DNA of 64,000 nt from assembly GCF_009914755.1 (NCBI RefSeq), contig NC_060945.1. One strand, given 5' to 3'. This DNA is from the human T2T-CHM13v2.0 reference genome, Homo sapiens. The translations under genes were made by a program, and so were the position numbers. Numbering within the stretch: the stretch's first letter is position 1; each line of letters opens with the position of its first letter. A model generated the notes under the pieces. It had not been told where the DNA came from and ran no database searches. It saw only the letters and a program-made list of their open reading frames with translations. Below are positions 27,581 to 38,949 of this stretch, in pieces.

Positions 27581-27839
27581 CCTTTTTCTCCCCCTGAGGA
27601 CAGAATCCTGTCTCCACTCTCAGTTCAGCTCAGGTCTTTCCCTGTCCCAGTGTTCTTGATTCTGAATAGGTCCTCTGATGCACCGCCATGCATAAAATGG
27701 ATGATTTGCAAGCTTCTTTGCCTCACGTAATTCCGTGGGTAATTTGATATCCAGATTCTGCACGAGCCAAAGACTCATTTATTTATAGAAAGTGATTGAC
27801 CTCCAGCGACCAAAGGAGTGGGTACTGCTTGCTGGGGGC

Positions 27840-28190
27840 TGCAGACAGGTGAGGCTTCACCCTCGGCGCCTGGGCTCTGGCCTTGGTGCTGAATCCGGAA
27901 CCCGCTGAGGAACCACCACCTCGGCGGCCCCCAGGCAACTTTCGGGAGGTTTCAGGGGCACCCGGCCAGCTCTGGGCGCCCTCTCGAGCGTCGCCGTCAG
28001 GGAGTTGGGCACAACCGATGCCCTGGGACCCGCCACAGGGCACGCGGCTGGCGTATTCCTTTGCCTGGAGCCGGGAAAGTTTTGTCCAATTTTTTTCCCC
28101 TATAACTGGAGCTGCGGTCTCCCCTCCCACCTGGGTCGCCATGGAGACTCGAGCTCTTTTTCTTTCTCCAGGCAAAATGGGCGAAGCTCA
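27840..28190. promoter_or_regulatory. Intronic CpG-rich patch (satellite of the promoter island)
   Basis: Dense CpGs (ctcggcgcc, cggcggcc, tcgagcgtcgccg) in non-repeat sequence. Confidence 0.7.
27873..27893 (-). promoter_or_regulatory. REST/NRSF RE1 (NRSE) element
   Basis: Minus strand TTCAGCACCAAGGCCAGAGCC vs consensus TTCAGCACCACGGACAGCGCC: 18/21 with canonical 2-bp spacer. Confidence 0.8.
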
Positions 28191-29099
28191 GTTAGCTCAG
28201 CCCTGACTGTAGCAAGCCCTTTTTTCTCCCTAAGCAGTTCCTGGGCATCACCCTTTTCCGTTTCTTTTTTTCAGCAAAAGAAAGGCAGGCAGGGAACAGG
28301 GCTAGCAGGATGTGGCATTGCTCCCTGTACCGTAGGGCTCCCCGGGACCGACAGACTTTGGATAACAGCAGTTGGGAAACACTCTAAACATATAATACAT
28401 CTCCAACTCCCAAACACTGGAGTTGTGGGGTTTTTTTTTTTTTCTCTTCCTTTTTTTGGGGGTTGGAGGCGGAATTCTTTGGAAAATTCTGGTATTTTGT
28501 TTCTCCACTAACCTCACCCTCTGTGGCTGTTTCTATTAAGATATATTTTCCCCCTGACAATCTCTCCATATTGCACCTAGTACAACAGATGTACCTGTGG
28601 ATCCACTGGGCTTTTATTGGGTTTTGGGAATACTGATGTTATTTCACTTAAAAACTAATCCAAGCTTAATGTTTTGATGAAAATGAAAATATATCCACAG
28701 GGAAGCAAATATCCACAGCCACCCAGTCCTCTAAATGCCACACACATCTCATTTTATCTAAAGTGTTTTTTCTTCCCTTCCAATTACAAAATAATTCAGT
28801 TTACTCCTAGGAAGATCTTCCTATTCACTGTTTTTAGTCATGCTAGCACATCTTCGGTTTTAAGGATAGAGAACAGTTAGGAGTTACAGTATTCTGTTTC
28901 CCATTCTCCGCATGTTTCTCCCCAACCCTCACTTTTCCTCCCTTTCGTGTTGTCTCCTCTCCTCTCCATGCAAAGCAGAACAAGAAGACTGCCTTCCACA
29001 AAGACAATAGGCTTTTCCCAACTGTAAATGACTACATCACAAGCCGCACCTGTCAGTTAATCAGTGCATTTAAGTCTTTGCCAGCGGATGTTGAAATGA

Positions 29100-30560
29100 T
29101 GTCTGCAATAACTGACTGGGTTTCTGCGAGCCCAGGGATGCAGACCCCTCCTTCCCCCGCCCCCCGTGCGAGTTTCAGTCGCTAATGAAAACCGTATGAA
29201 ACAGATTCCCCTTCTGTTATGTAACCGGCTTCTCCCTCGCCTTTCGGCTGACTTGGGCACAATGTTTCTCATGAGAGTGGAGATGCCTGCGGCGACGGCG
29301 GAGCTGGGGAAGGGGACGCGGGGACCCGAGAGCACGGAACGCCTCGCCCAGGTGGACGCCAGCTCCTCGCCTGCGAGCAGCTCAGCGCACCGCTTACCTG
29401 GCTGCGGACGGGGTGGCTTCACTCAATCATGATCTCCTCTCTTGAAACGGAGCAAGACTGAACAATTCACTACACGACGGATGGCGAGGGAAGGAAATGC
29501 AAAAAAGAAAAGGAAAAGAAAAAAACTGGAATCAGATGGTCAAATTTCACATCAGCACCGAGAGGCTGTTAGGAGACTCCATTCTGCTCGCGGCTGCTCC
29601 GGCTCCAGGTCCGGCTTCCCGGCGTCCGCGGGTCTCCACCCCTCCGCCCGCCCAGCCTCTCCAGCCAGGTGCGGCCGTCTCCGGACTGGCTCCCTCTGGC
29701 CGAGCGCGGAGAGCAGGGCTGGGCGCTGGGGCCAAGGGAGGGGCGGAGGGGCGCGCGTTTGGGCAGGGACGGGGGAGGGAGACTGGGTGGAATGAAGTGG
29801 GGAAAGATAAGAGTGGCAGAAGAAAAAAAAAATCCCCGGTTAGGAGAAAAGTGGTGGACCACGCAGAGAGACGTCATGAAATCCGCAGATTCAATGAATG
29901 CTACTCAATTCCAGCCGACTGGCTGAGCCCCGCTGGCAGCGCACGAAGCGACGCGGCTCCGAGATAAAAGCGAGTGCAGCGCCGCGTGCTGGGGAAAAAG
30001 CCGCACAGCGCCGGCGCGGTCCGGGAGGAAGGGGCGGGGGCGAGCAGGACAGAGCCACAGACCCAGAGACGCCCACCCCGCCGCCCATGCCAGCTAGCGT
30101 GTCAGCGCGTCGAGGACCGGGCTTGGTGGGGGCGGGCTGGGCACAAACCAACGTGCATCCCCCGCCACTGGAAACGTGGGTGCTCCATGCTGGGGGAATC
30201 TTTTGGGTTTCGGTCCCCGACCCCCCAGTCCCAACCTTTCTCCCAGTGCCACTAAGTAAGTTATTCCCGGAGAAACGCCTGGAAAGCAGGAAAGAGCCGA
30301 AGCTCGGGGAGCAGTTTTGTCTGCTGGTTGTAGGGGTTCGGCTTTTAGGGTTTTGTGAGATAAGGAAAAAGAGGCTCTGGGCACTGCCTCCCACCGGGCT
30401 GAAATCCGTGAGAGGCAGCCCCGGCGCGGGAGCCGGAGCCTGCACCGCCCAGAGGGGGCGCAGCGAGCGGCCGGGACGGAGGGGAGGGGCCCTATCCCTG
30501 AGCTTTGCTTGCACCTGGTGGCGCCCCAGCCTGCTGCCCCATTCAGTCCCTTCTGTCCTG
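29100..30560. promoter_or_regulatory. KCNJ6: CpG island / KCNJ6 promoter (TATA-less on the minus strand, GC boxes)
   Basis: Very high GC and CpG density; GC boxes at 30031-30040 and about 30128; spans exon 1. Confidence 0.9.
29398..29970 (-). other. KCNJ6: KCNJ6 (GIRK2/Kir3.2) non-coding exon 1 (5' UTR)
   Basis: Minus strand ...GAGAGGAGATCATGATTGAGTGAAGCCACCCCGTCCGCAGCCAG|GTAAGC. I recognise this from memory as the KCNJ6 mRNA 5' UTR preceding GAAAAGCAC...ATGGCCAAG (MAKLTES). The donor at 29398/29397 is seen directly; the TSS (about 29900-29970) is approximate. Confidence 0.85.
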
Positions 30561-32658
30561 TCCACTGCAACTGGGACCTGGTCCCGGCTGCTGCATCATC
30601 ACCCCATCCTTATATGATGTCTCTGGGGTCACTGGAGACAAAGAATGGCCTTTTCCAAGAATGACCCAGGCTGCCTTCAAAGTTGAATTTGTCAGGATAA
30701 GCCCCTTAGACAAAGGTCTACTCCACTCTTTGAATCTAACTTGCTTTGTGCTGTTATTCCAGGGGCCCCTCATAGTGCTCCCCTCTTGCACCCCCTCTTT
30801 TTCTTATGGTCATCAAAAACAATGGTTCTACATTTCCAAAGTCTTCCCATAAATTGCTTCTACCTATGAACAGAACTCTCTTTTATGCTGTCTTTTTCCT
30901 AGGGATGAATGGATTGACAAATTGTAAGAGTAGCGAATACCATTGGCTAGTAATTTTATAATGGCCCTTTCAATAACTGGCTATTCTTGTGCTGCTTTAT
31001 GAAGTGGCTTTCCTTCCACAAGGCACAGAATCTCTACCTCAAAGAAGGTGACCTTATTTTAGAGAGAAGGCTTACGGAAACCTCTTATTTCCAAGATTAT
31101 TTTATTCTACATACATACATTTTAATTACCTAGCAATTCAGGTCCCCTCAAGAATGCTGTCTGCCCTCTAAAAATGACTGTAATATGGAGAGGTGTTTGT
31201 GTCAATTTGCATCCAAAGTCATGTAAAAGTCAACCGTACACACGGCCTGTGAGCTTGTATTTGCTGTTGATTTTCCCTAAGAGGTTGTAATCTGACTTGC
31301 TATTACTTCTGAGTCATATATCCCATATACAGAAGATATGAGTATGTGTAATATCTGTAGTATGTGTAATACGTGCTCCACAATGCCTGCTGGATCTAGT
31401 GATAGTGTTACAAATAAACAAAGAACAACTGAACCAAATAATCCCTGAGAGACCAGGAATACAAATGCAAGATGCAGGATTTCGGTGGACACAGCCTTAG
31501 AACATTAAAAGAACAACCCATGTTGACTATAGTTGTGTAAAGGGCATTCTGTTTAATCTGTGAAGCTGCTATGGGTATGCCTGCTAATTTTGATGATATA
31601 TACTTTTACCAGTAGAATGATTTCACAAAGTATCTTTCTTACAAGATATTAGACTAAATAAGAAAGTCAAGAGTTGGAAGTAACCTATTTGTCTCCTTCA
31701 AATACTTTGAAAACTCCCCTACTTGAAACAGCTGCCGGGGTGATGTGGGCAATAGCACTTTGTGAATGGCATAAGAGCACGTGTTGAATGAGATGGATCC
31801 CATTAACACAGCCTGGGATTTGATAAACACCAGAGACAAGAGCAATTGGCTTAACTGAATTCATTCATTTATTCCGTAGAGTTCTGATAAAGTGATCTGC
31901 ATGGGTGTAACTAAGAGACTGCAGCCACATCTGAAAATCAGGCGAGCTGTGCTTCAGAGCTGCAAATTGTGGCTCCTCTGAGCTCCTGAGAGCCTGGTCT
32001 CTCAAACTACATTGTGTTTAGCTTGTCTGAAATCTCACTTATATATCTATTTTATGATTTCAGGTGAAGGCAAGGCCTGGGGGAGAAGATCTTTCAGGGT
32101 AAATCAGTGCTCCAAATCTCACAGTGACTTTTATAATTGATTGATTATGTCATACAGATGAGACTGGTTTGTCTCCCACATATAAAGCTGTAATGGAGAC
32201 TTATTAGCTAGTAAAATTAACAAACTGAATTATCTTGACGGGCTGTCATTTGTTTTGGGTAATCTTGTTTTTCTCTGTCATTGATTGCGGCAATTTATAA
32301 ACCATTCTATCTTCTTGGCCCATGTGTAGATCTGGCCTTGCCTTAGACAGGCTGACACCAGAACTAAGATGGTTGGGAGTTTTTGGTCTCCACCCTTGGG
32401 CCAGTACTTGTTTTAGATTTAAGACCTTAGCTGTTGTGGGTCTAACTATTAAGAGACCTAGTTCTTTTTCAGTTTCACTCCCCTGCCTGCTTTCTCCACA
32501 AAAACCCTACCACAGATAAACAATATATTTAAAATGCAGAGATGGGAACATAAATTTTAAAAAATTTATTTTGTCTATAAAAGGACATCTTAAAGAGTAT
32601 CAAGAGATAAGTGTTAAAATTATTCTATTTTACATTTGTACTTCCAGTGTACTGAATG

Positions 32659-33244
32659 TGATATAGGAGTTAAGAAGCAATTACTTAGGCAGATAGTAAG
32701 GGTATGGGAGTCCTAGGTAAGGCTTTTCTTTTTAATGAAAATCAGCCCCAAATAATTTTCTAAGAGAGCAAGCAGCCTGCAAGCTGGGAGCTTGCACAGG
32801 TGAATGCGGGCAGGAACTAAGGACTAAAGATGTTAAATATGGCGGTCCCATCTTCCCGTCTCTGTTAGCCACGTGTACTGTAAACGAGCAGACAAGATGG
32901 TGCCAATCAACTGGAAAGTCCATTTGCATAAGAAGATTAGGGTGGGGCAACTAGCCTTCCCAGCACACTATGTAGACATCATACCTGAGTGAACCAACCT
33001 GTGAGCCCTCTGTAAATCAGACACCGCCTTCTCCAGCCTGCGTATAAAATCTGCTGCGGTCCTCTACCTTCTCCCTTTTCCACGTGTCTCTTGCTCGTGA
33101 GGAGCTGCTCTCCCCTCCTCTCTCCTTTCTTCTATTACACTTTCTGCTCCTTAACCCACTCACCTGTGTCTGTGTGCCGAATTCTTTCTCAGTGCATGAC
33201 AATGAACCCCAGGGTATATACCACAGACAGCAGTAGCCACTTCA
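32659..33244 (+). mobile_element. ERV1 solo LTR, LTR9-family-like
   Basis: TG...CA termini, TSD AATG/GATG, octamer ATTTGCAT 32922-32929, TATAAAA 33043-33049; family assigned from memory. Confidence 0.75.
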
Positions 33245-33534
33245 GATGGATTTCATTCATGTCTCTTATTTAGGGAATATCTGTAAACAGCGGTTGGTAT
33301 TTCTTTGATTGATTATAAATTTGGAGATGTATTAAGAAATACATCTTAATTCTTAAGAAATATTTCTAGGTGTAAAAAGTTAAGAATTTTTGCTAAGGAG
33401 GGGGTTTCAGAGGGGTTTTAGCTCTGAGGCATTTTGGGGCTGGTCTTTAGAACTTTAGGATAATTTAGAACAATTATTGAGTTATGCCCTTTTCCCTTGA
33501 TACACTTTTATCTCCTACGTGTTTTCCTTATTTT

Positions 33535-34234
33535 TGTTACAGTAGGTAGCTAGTCAGACATGAGCAGGGCAGAAGAGGGCCTTCCCCACCAGGCATGCCA
33601 GGAGACCGTCAGGTGATGGTCAGGCAGTTGTTAAACTGTCCGTCTACAATAATAATTGGTCACAGCTGGCACCAGAAAAAGTGGTCTCCCAATAGACAGA
33701 AACACCGAAGCTGGTGATCAGCAGCTTCCTGATGACATCTCAGGACTTAGGTGAGTGGGCTCAAGCATGTGGACTAAGGCAAAATGGCACAGTTTAACTG
33801 TCATCTAACCTTCTTCTAGGAACACTTGGCTGGTAAGGGAAGAACGCCTCAAGTGAGCATGCATACAACTCCAGTAAACACTGCACATGTGGCCCCTCTC
33901 AAGTGCTGGCAGACCATGGCACATGCAAACAGCCCACCCCAAGAGAAGAATCAGGGTAGAAGGCACACAACACCCGGGAAGTATGCCAACGCATAAAACC
34001 CGAAGTCAAAGGTCAAACAGTGCACTTGATCTCGCAAGTCGCCCACTTGGCCCTCTTCCAAGTGTACTTTACTTCCTTTTGTTCCTGCTCTAAAACTTTT
34101 TAATACACTTTCACTCCTGCTCTAAAACTTGCCTCGGTTTCTCACTCTGCCTTATGCCCCTCAGTCGAATTCTTTCTTCTGAGAAGGCAAGAATTGAGGA
34201 TCCTGCAGACCACACAGACTTGCCGATACTAACA
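33535..34234 (+). mobile_element. ERV1 solo LTR, MER50-like
   Basis: tgttacagtaggtagctagtcagacatgagcagggcag...aaca; TSD TTTT/CTTT. Confidence 0.8.
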
Positions 34235-35069
34235 CTTTAAAATGACGTTCACCATTTCTACTAATCTTAAGTCATAAATACTTATGAATGTCCTGAAATC
34301 ATATATTTTTATTTTAATTTCATGGCTTGATAAATAAGTGCAGTCAGAAGACTATTTGATAGATTCTTTCTTATATGATGTTTTATTAGTTCATTGTTTA
34401 GCAGGTATATCCTTTTTAATCATAGTCTTCTCCCCAAAAATGTATTAAAATGCAATTTAGAAAATTATAATAGCTTTGAATATAATATTTCAAAAGACCA
34501 GGGGAGGTGACAATTACAAAAATTACATAAATGAAACCTAGTTAATCTTCCTTTACCTCTTACTGGAATTAATTCTAATTAGCATGACATCTGCACAACA
34601 AAAACATTCAAGGCCAAAATAAGTGAATTAAATTGGTACGTTGCTCTTTCTCATTCATTTGCTAAAATGCCTAGATTCTTTATTTTCTACTGAAATTCTT
34701 AAGGAATGAGGATATGAGGTGGAGAGAATCAGATAAAGTTCCTTTTTTTGTGTGCTATTGCAACTCTCTGTGAGTCACCTCCTATAGCCACCCTGGACAA
34801 CAAGCAATTATTAACCTACTGGATCTTGTCTGCTTTCAGCAGAAGTGAAGCTCCTGCTCCGCATTCCCAAGCTTACATAGTTCTCCTGCTAGGACGTTAC
34901 CTACCTTCCCTCTTAGAAATACAGTTCAGAGTCCAGTTCCAAATTCCAGGTCATCCTTGGTGATCTTAAGCCAGATGCAAATATTTAGGCAGTCTCAGCC
35001 CCCAGCACCTATGCCAAGTGATGGGTTAAGGCAAGAATTTTCTGCTATATCATTTTATCTGAAAAATGG

Positions 35070-35466
35070 TGTTGTAGATAGTGTTCTTTGGGAAGCAGAC
35101 TCTGAGATGAAGTTTTGTGTGCTTAATGTTTATTAGGGACGTTTCTAAAGGATGTAATGTTTGTGTGATCAACACCTATGGAAGGGATAGAAATGAAGTA
35201 GGACTGGGCACAGGACCCTTGCCTTGGCTGATCTCACTGGGAGCTCTGAGCTAAAATGGCCCATTGGAGTTGTCCTGATTTGGTTCCAAATGGCCTCCAC
35301 CAGCTCAGTCACTGGATGTCCCTCAGTTGGGCAAGGGCATGACTTTGGGCCAGGCAGCTCTTTGCACCTGATAGCAAAATGCAGTCTACAACAGCCTTCT
35401 AGCAGCTAGGTCAACAAGCCCTTACTGGAAGGGGGATCCGGAGGGCATATCTCATTGCCCACCACA
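35070..35466 (-). mobile_element. LTR16-family ERVL LTR inserted in a MIR
   Basis: gggaagcagactctgagatg...tttattaggg...gatcaacacctatgg; TSD AATGG/AGTGG; MIR halves flank it. Confidence 0.7.
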
Positions 35467-35525
35467 AGTGGGGATAATAACATTACCTACTGCATAGGAT
35501 TATTATGACTGCTACATACCGTAAC

Positions 35526-36022
35526 TGTGAAGCAGCTTCATTGTGCATTGGTTACCACTTCAGCCCATCTTGGGTGGCAATTTTACTACTTGTCTGAGTC
35601 TGGCGAGATAGAATACTCATACACACAGCAAGTTACATGAAGTAGGTTTATTACCTGCAGACAGGCAGCAAGGGACAAGAGAAGCCTAGGACCAGGGTGA
35701 GCTGGCTTCCCAAGACTCAGGAAAGCTGCCCCGGGTGGGTGAAATCTCATCTGGATGTGCTCCACTTCACGCTGCAGCTGAGTGCCCCCAGAAATCACCC
35801 TGCCCTGGGTTTTATACCTCAGAGCAAGATTTGCTGAGCTAAAGCATTGAAAGATATTCTATGTGCAGGGGGAGCAGGAGAGTACAGGCTATTCCAGACT
35901 ACTTTTTTTTTTTTTTTAATTTCAGGATGTTGCATTCCCAGCATATACTACAGTTATTCTTGAGAAACAAGTGTGTAAGGAGGAAGAACTGGTTCAAGGC
36001 CACCCAGAAAGCTGTTCTGCAA
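35526..36022 (-). mobile_element. ERV LTR (MER54/MER74/LTR53-like group, family uncertain)
   Basis: TG...CA ends; minus-strand TATAAAA (about 35811-35817) and AATAAA (about 35648-35653). Confidence 0.55.
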
Positions 36023-36219
36023 TAACCCATAGAAACAGTGGAGCACAGGTTCTGGTATATAATAACACTTAATACATGTCAGATATTTATTAATTCATGA
36101 TGCTAATCATCTGTAAGATTAAGAAAACTGAAGACTGTGTATTTTCAAGTGGTTCCAGATTTGTATCCACCCAGTTTCAAGTCCACTGGGACTTCAATCC
36201 AATTTCAAATCCCCCTCTT

Positions 36220-36645
36220 TTTTTAAAATTTTAGTGTAAGTTCTGGGATACATGTGCAGAACGTGCAGGTTTGTCACATAGGTATACATGTGCCATCGTG
36301 GTTTGCTGCACCTATCAACCCATCATCTGGGTCTTAAGCCCTGCATACATTAGATATGTGTCCTAATGCTCTCTCTCCCCTTGCTCCCCACCCCCTGACA
36401 GGGCCCAGTGTGTGATGTTCCCCTCCCTGTGTGCATGTGTTCTCATTGTTCAACTCCCACTTTTGAGTGAGAATCTGCAGTGTTTGGTTTTCTGTTCCTG
36501 TGTTAGTTTGCTGAGAATGACGGCTTCCAGCTTCATCCACGTCCCTGCAAAGGACATGAACTCATTCTTTTTTATTGCTGCATAGTATTCCATGGTGTGT
36601 ATGTGCCACATTTTCTTTACCCAGTCTATCATTGATGGACATTTG
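36220..36645 (-). mobile_element. L1PA (L1PA8-like) 3' end, 5'-truncated
   Basis: L1 3' UTR and ORF2 C-terminus (KKMWHIHTMEYYAAIKK); perfect 14-bp TSD CAAATCCCCCTCTT at 36206-36219 and 36646-36659. Confidence 0.95.
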
Positions 36646-37948
36646 CAAATCCCCCTCTTCTAGTAACAGTAAAATACCAAAAATGGTTCTTATTGTCTCT
36701 GATTAGTTAATAAACCCCATCTCTGAATCAATTACTGTGGCCAGAAGGATGGAATGCTAGATATGGTCTGTTGGACCCTGACATATATTTCCACTTACTT
36801 CTGGTGCCCTGACTCAGGAATACACCATTCTTCAGAATAAAAAGAACCCAAGACTTTGGCATCAATTGCTTCTCCTTCAGTCTGAAGGGGAAGGGGCCTA
36901 GTGGATAGTAAATGTTCAAGAAATACTATATAATCCTCTAATTACAACACAGAAAAGTTTGGTTTTCTTTCTTTTTGTTGAAAACAGATAGTGGCAAATT
37001 ATCTTTTTTAGGCTCATAAGAAACTTTGGTAACCATATAAATGGATTCACTTTCTCTTCTTACAGTATTTCTCAACACTCAGTGATTTGTTTAGGTAGGT
37101 ATTTCCTCCTATTTTCTCTTTATTTAGAACTAAAGTGGAAGAAATAAAATGTAGAATCAATAAAAATTCCAAAGAGTCCACAAGGGAAACAAGCATCCCA
37201 GCCAGGATGGAGTGATGCTACAGTTTAACACTGAGATCCATGAAATTGATTGCTGTGGCAAATAAAGAAGAACAGATCTTATTTGTGGCCTCAATTCTCT
37301 GAGTTGTTGTGCCTACTTGAATTTATCTGCTGGCTCAAGACCCATTTAGTAGTGGGAAAGAGAACACTGGCAAAAAAAAAAAAAAAAAAAAAAAGAATAT
37401 AAAGATCATAGAACCAGAAACCGTAGGAGCTGGAAGTCCCCTTAGAGATTATCTGGTTCCTTTTCAACTTCTATCAGCCATTCTCTGACCCACAACTAAG
37501 ACCCCAAGGCATCCTTTACCTCCTAAACATGTTGATTTGTTTCCGTCTCCCTTACTTTTAAACTCTTGGATAGCCTGTCTATTATTCACCATGTGAAAGC
37601 CTTTTACATCATCTCTCAAATCTCTAGCTTCTTCCTTATCTTTGAGCCTACTGGAATACAATTCTGTCTTATGCATTAAACATGATGGTATGTTTTGTGT
37701 TACTATTTATAGTAACATAAAAATGAAAATCACACACTTATTTTCCATGAAGTTATGTGATCCTTTTCAAACAAATATAATTCAGGAGAAAACAAGGATA
37801 TAAGATAATACAATAATGCCAGGATAAATTTTTCCCAAGATATTTCATGAAGTAACAAAATAATAGCAGAACCTTCAGAATTTAAGTTATCTTGGACAAA
37901 TTACTTAACTTTTTAGGCCCTCTAAAGTAGTAATAACAATAATATCTA

Positions 37949-38568
37949 GTATTAGTGTTCTGTTGCTAAACAATTACTGCAAACATAACAGCTTTAAAAG
38001 TAGCCATTTATTAGCTCATAGTTCTGTAGGTCAGAAGTCCCAGCAGGATGTGGGTGGGTTTTCAGCTCAGGATATCACAATACTGACATCAAGGTGTCAA
38101 CCAGGCTGGGTTCTTGTCTGGAGGTTCTGGGAAAGAATACACTTCCAAGCTTATTCTTGTTATTGACAGAATTTAGTTTCTTGTAGTTGTAGGACTGGTG
38201 TCTCCATTTTTTTACTGGCTGTCAGTGAGGGGGCTGTCCTTTGCTCTGAGAGTCTATCTGAATTTCTTGCCATGTGGTCCCTCCATTTTTAAGCCAGCAA
38301 TGTCACATCAAATCCTTCCCATGTTTTAATTCCCTGACATCTTCTGCTACCAGCTACATAAAACTCTCTTTCTCTTTTTTAAACAGGCTCATGTGGTTAG
38401 GTAAGGCGCACCTAGATCATCTCTCTATCTTAAGGTCAACTGATTTGGGACATTAATTATGTCTGAAAAATTTCTTCACAGCACTATTTAGGTTAACGTT
38501 TGATTGACTATCTTGTGTGTACACAAGGGATAGGAATATTGGGGGCATCTTGGAATTCTGCTGCCACA
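37949..38568 (-). mobile_element. MLT1E-like MaLR LTR inserted in a MIR
   Basis: gtattag...ctcatagttctgtaggtcagaagtcc...gggcatcttggaattctgctgccaca; MIR pieces on both sides. Confidence 0.75.
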
Positions 38569-38949
38569 TACCTACTTCATAGATCTTTTACTAAATGAGA
38601 TAATACATGGGTAAACAGTGTATTAAAAGTTAAGTTTTGTTGGAAACACTAAGGAACATGTATTTTTGCTGATCTGCTGGATCACTTCATTGGTGTGAAG
38701 CAGCAGCTGGGCCTGCAACTGCTCCACCTTCCTCTGGATCTTCCTCCAGCTTCTCCAACTGCCCAGCCAGATGTGTGTGATTTTAGCTCTGTGATGAAGG
38801 GCTCTCACCAAGGCCAGAGACAATAAAAATTGACACAAGGTTCAGTTCATCCTTGTGGTGTTTCAGCACATGCTTATGGGTTCCAGCCTGTTTGTACCGT
38901 ATTACATCACTGCTATCGTACCTACACTTCTAGCTGGTCTCCTAAGGGC

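Noticed and set aside
29552-29559. RE1 left half-site TCAGCACC in exon 1 (also 18658-18665)
   Set aside because: No matching GGACAG right half at canonical or plausible spacing.
30445-30526. CTCF-like motifs (CCCAGAGGGGGCGC; GCACCTGGTGGCGC)
   Set aside because: Two to three core mismatches in very GC-rich DNA; not distinguishable from background without ChIP data.
29891-30617. Long ORFs in the CpG island (239 aa plus strand, 224 aa minus strand, and other overlapping frames)
   Set aside because: They overlap in several frames, are Pro/Arg/Gly-rich and show no recognisable domain; stop-codon depletion in GC-rich DNA explains them.
36450-36632. L1 ORF2 C-terminal peptide (also 54924-55118 and 56420-56653)
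   Set aside because: Fragments of truncated, inactive L1 copies.
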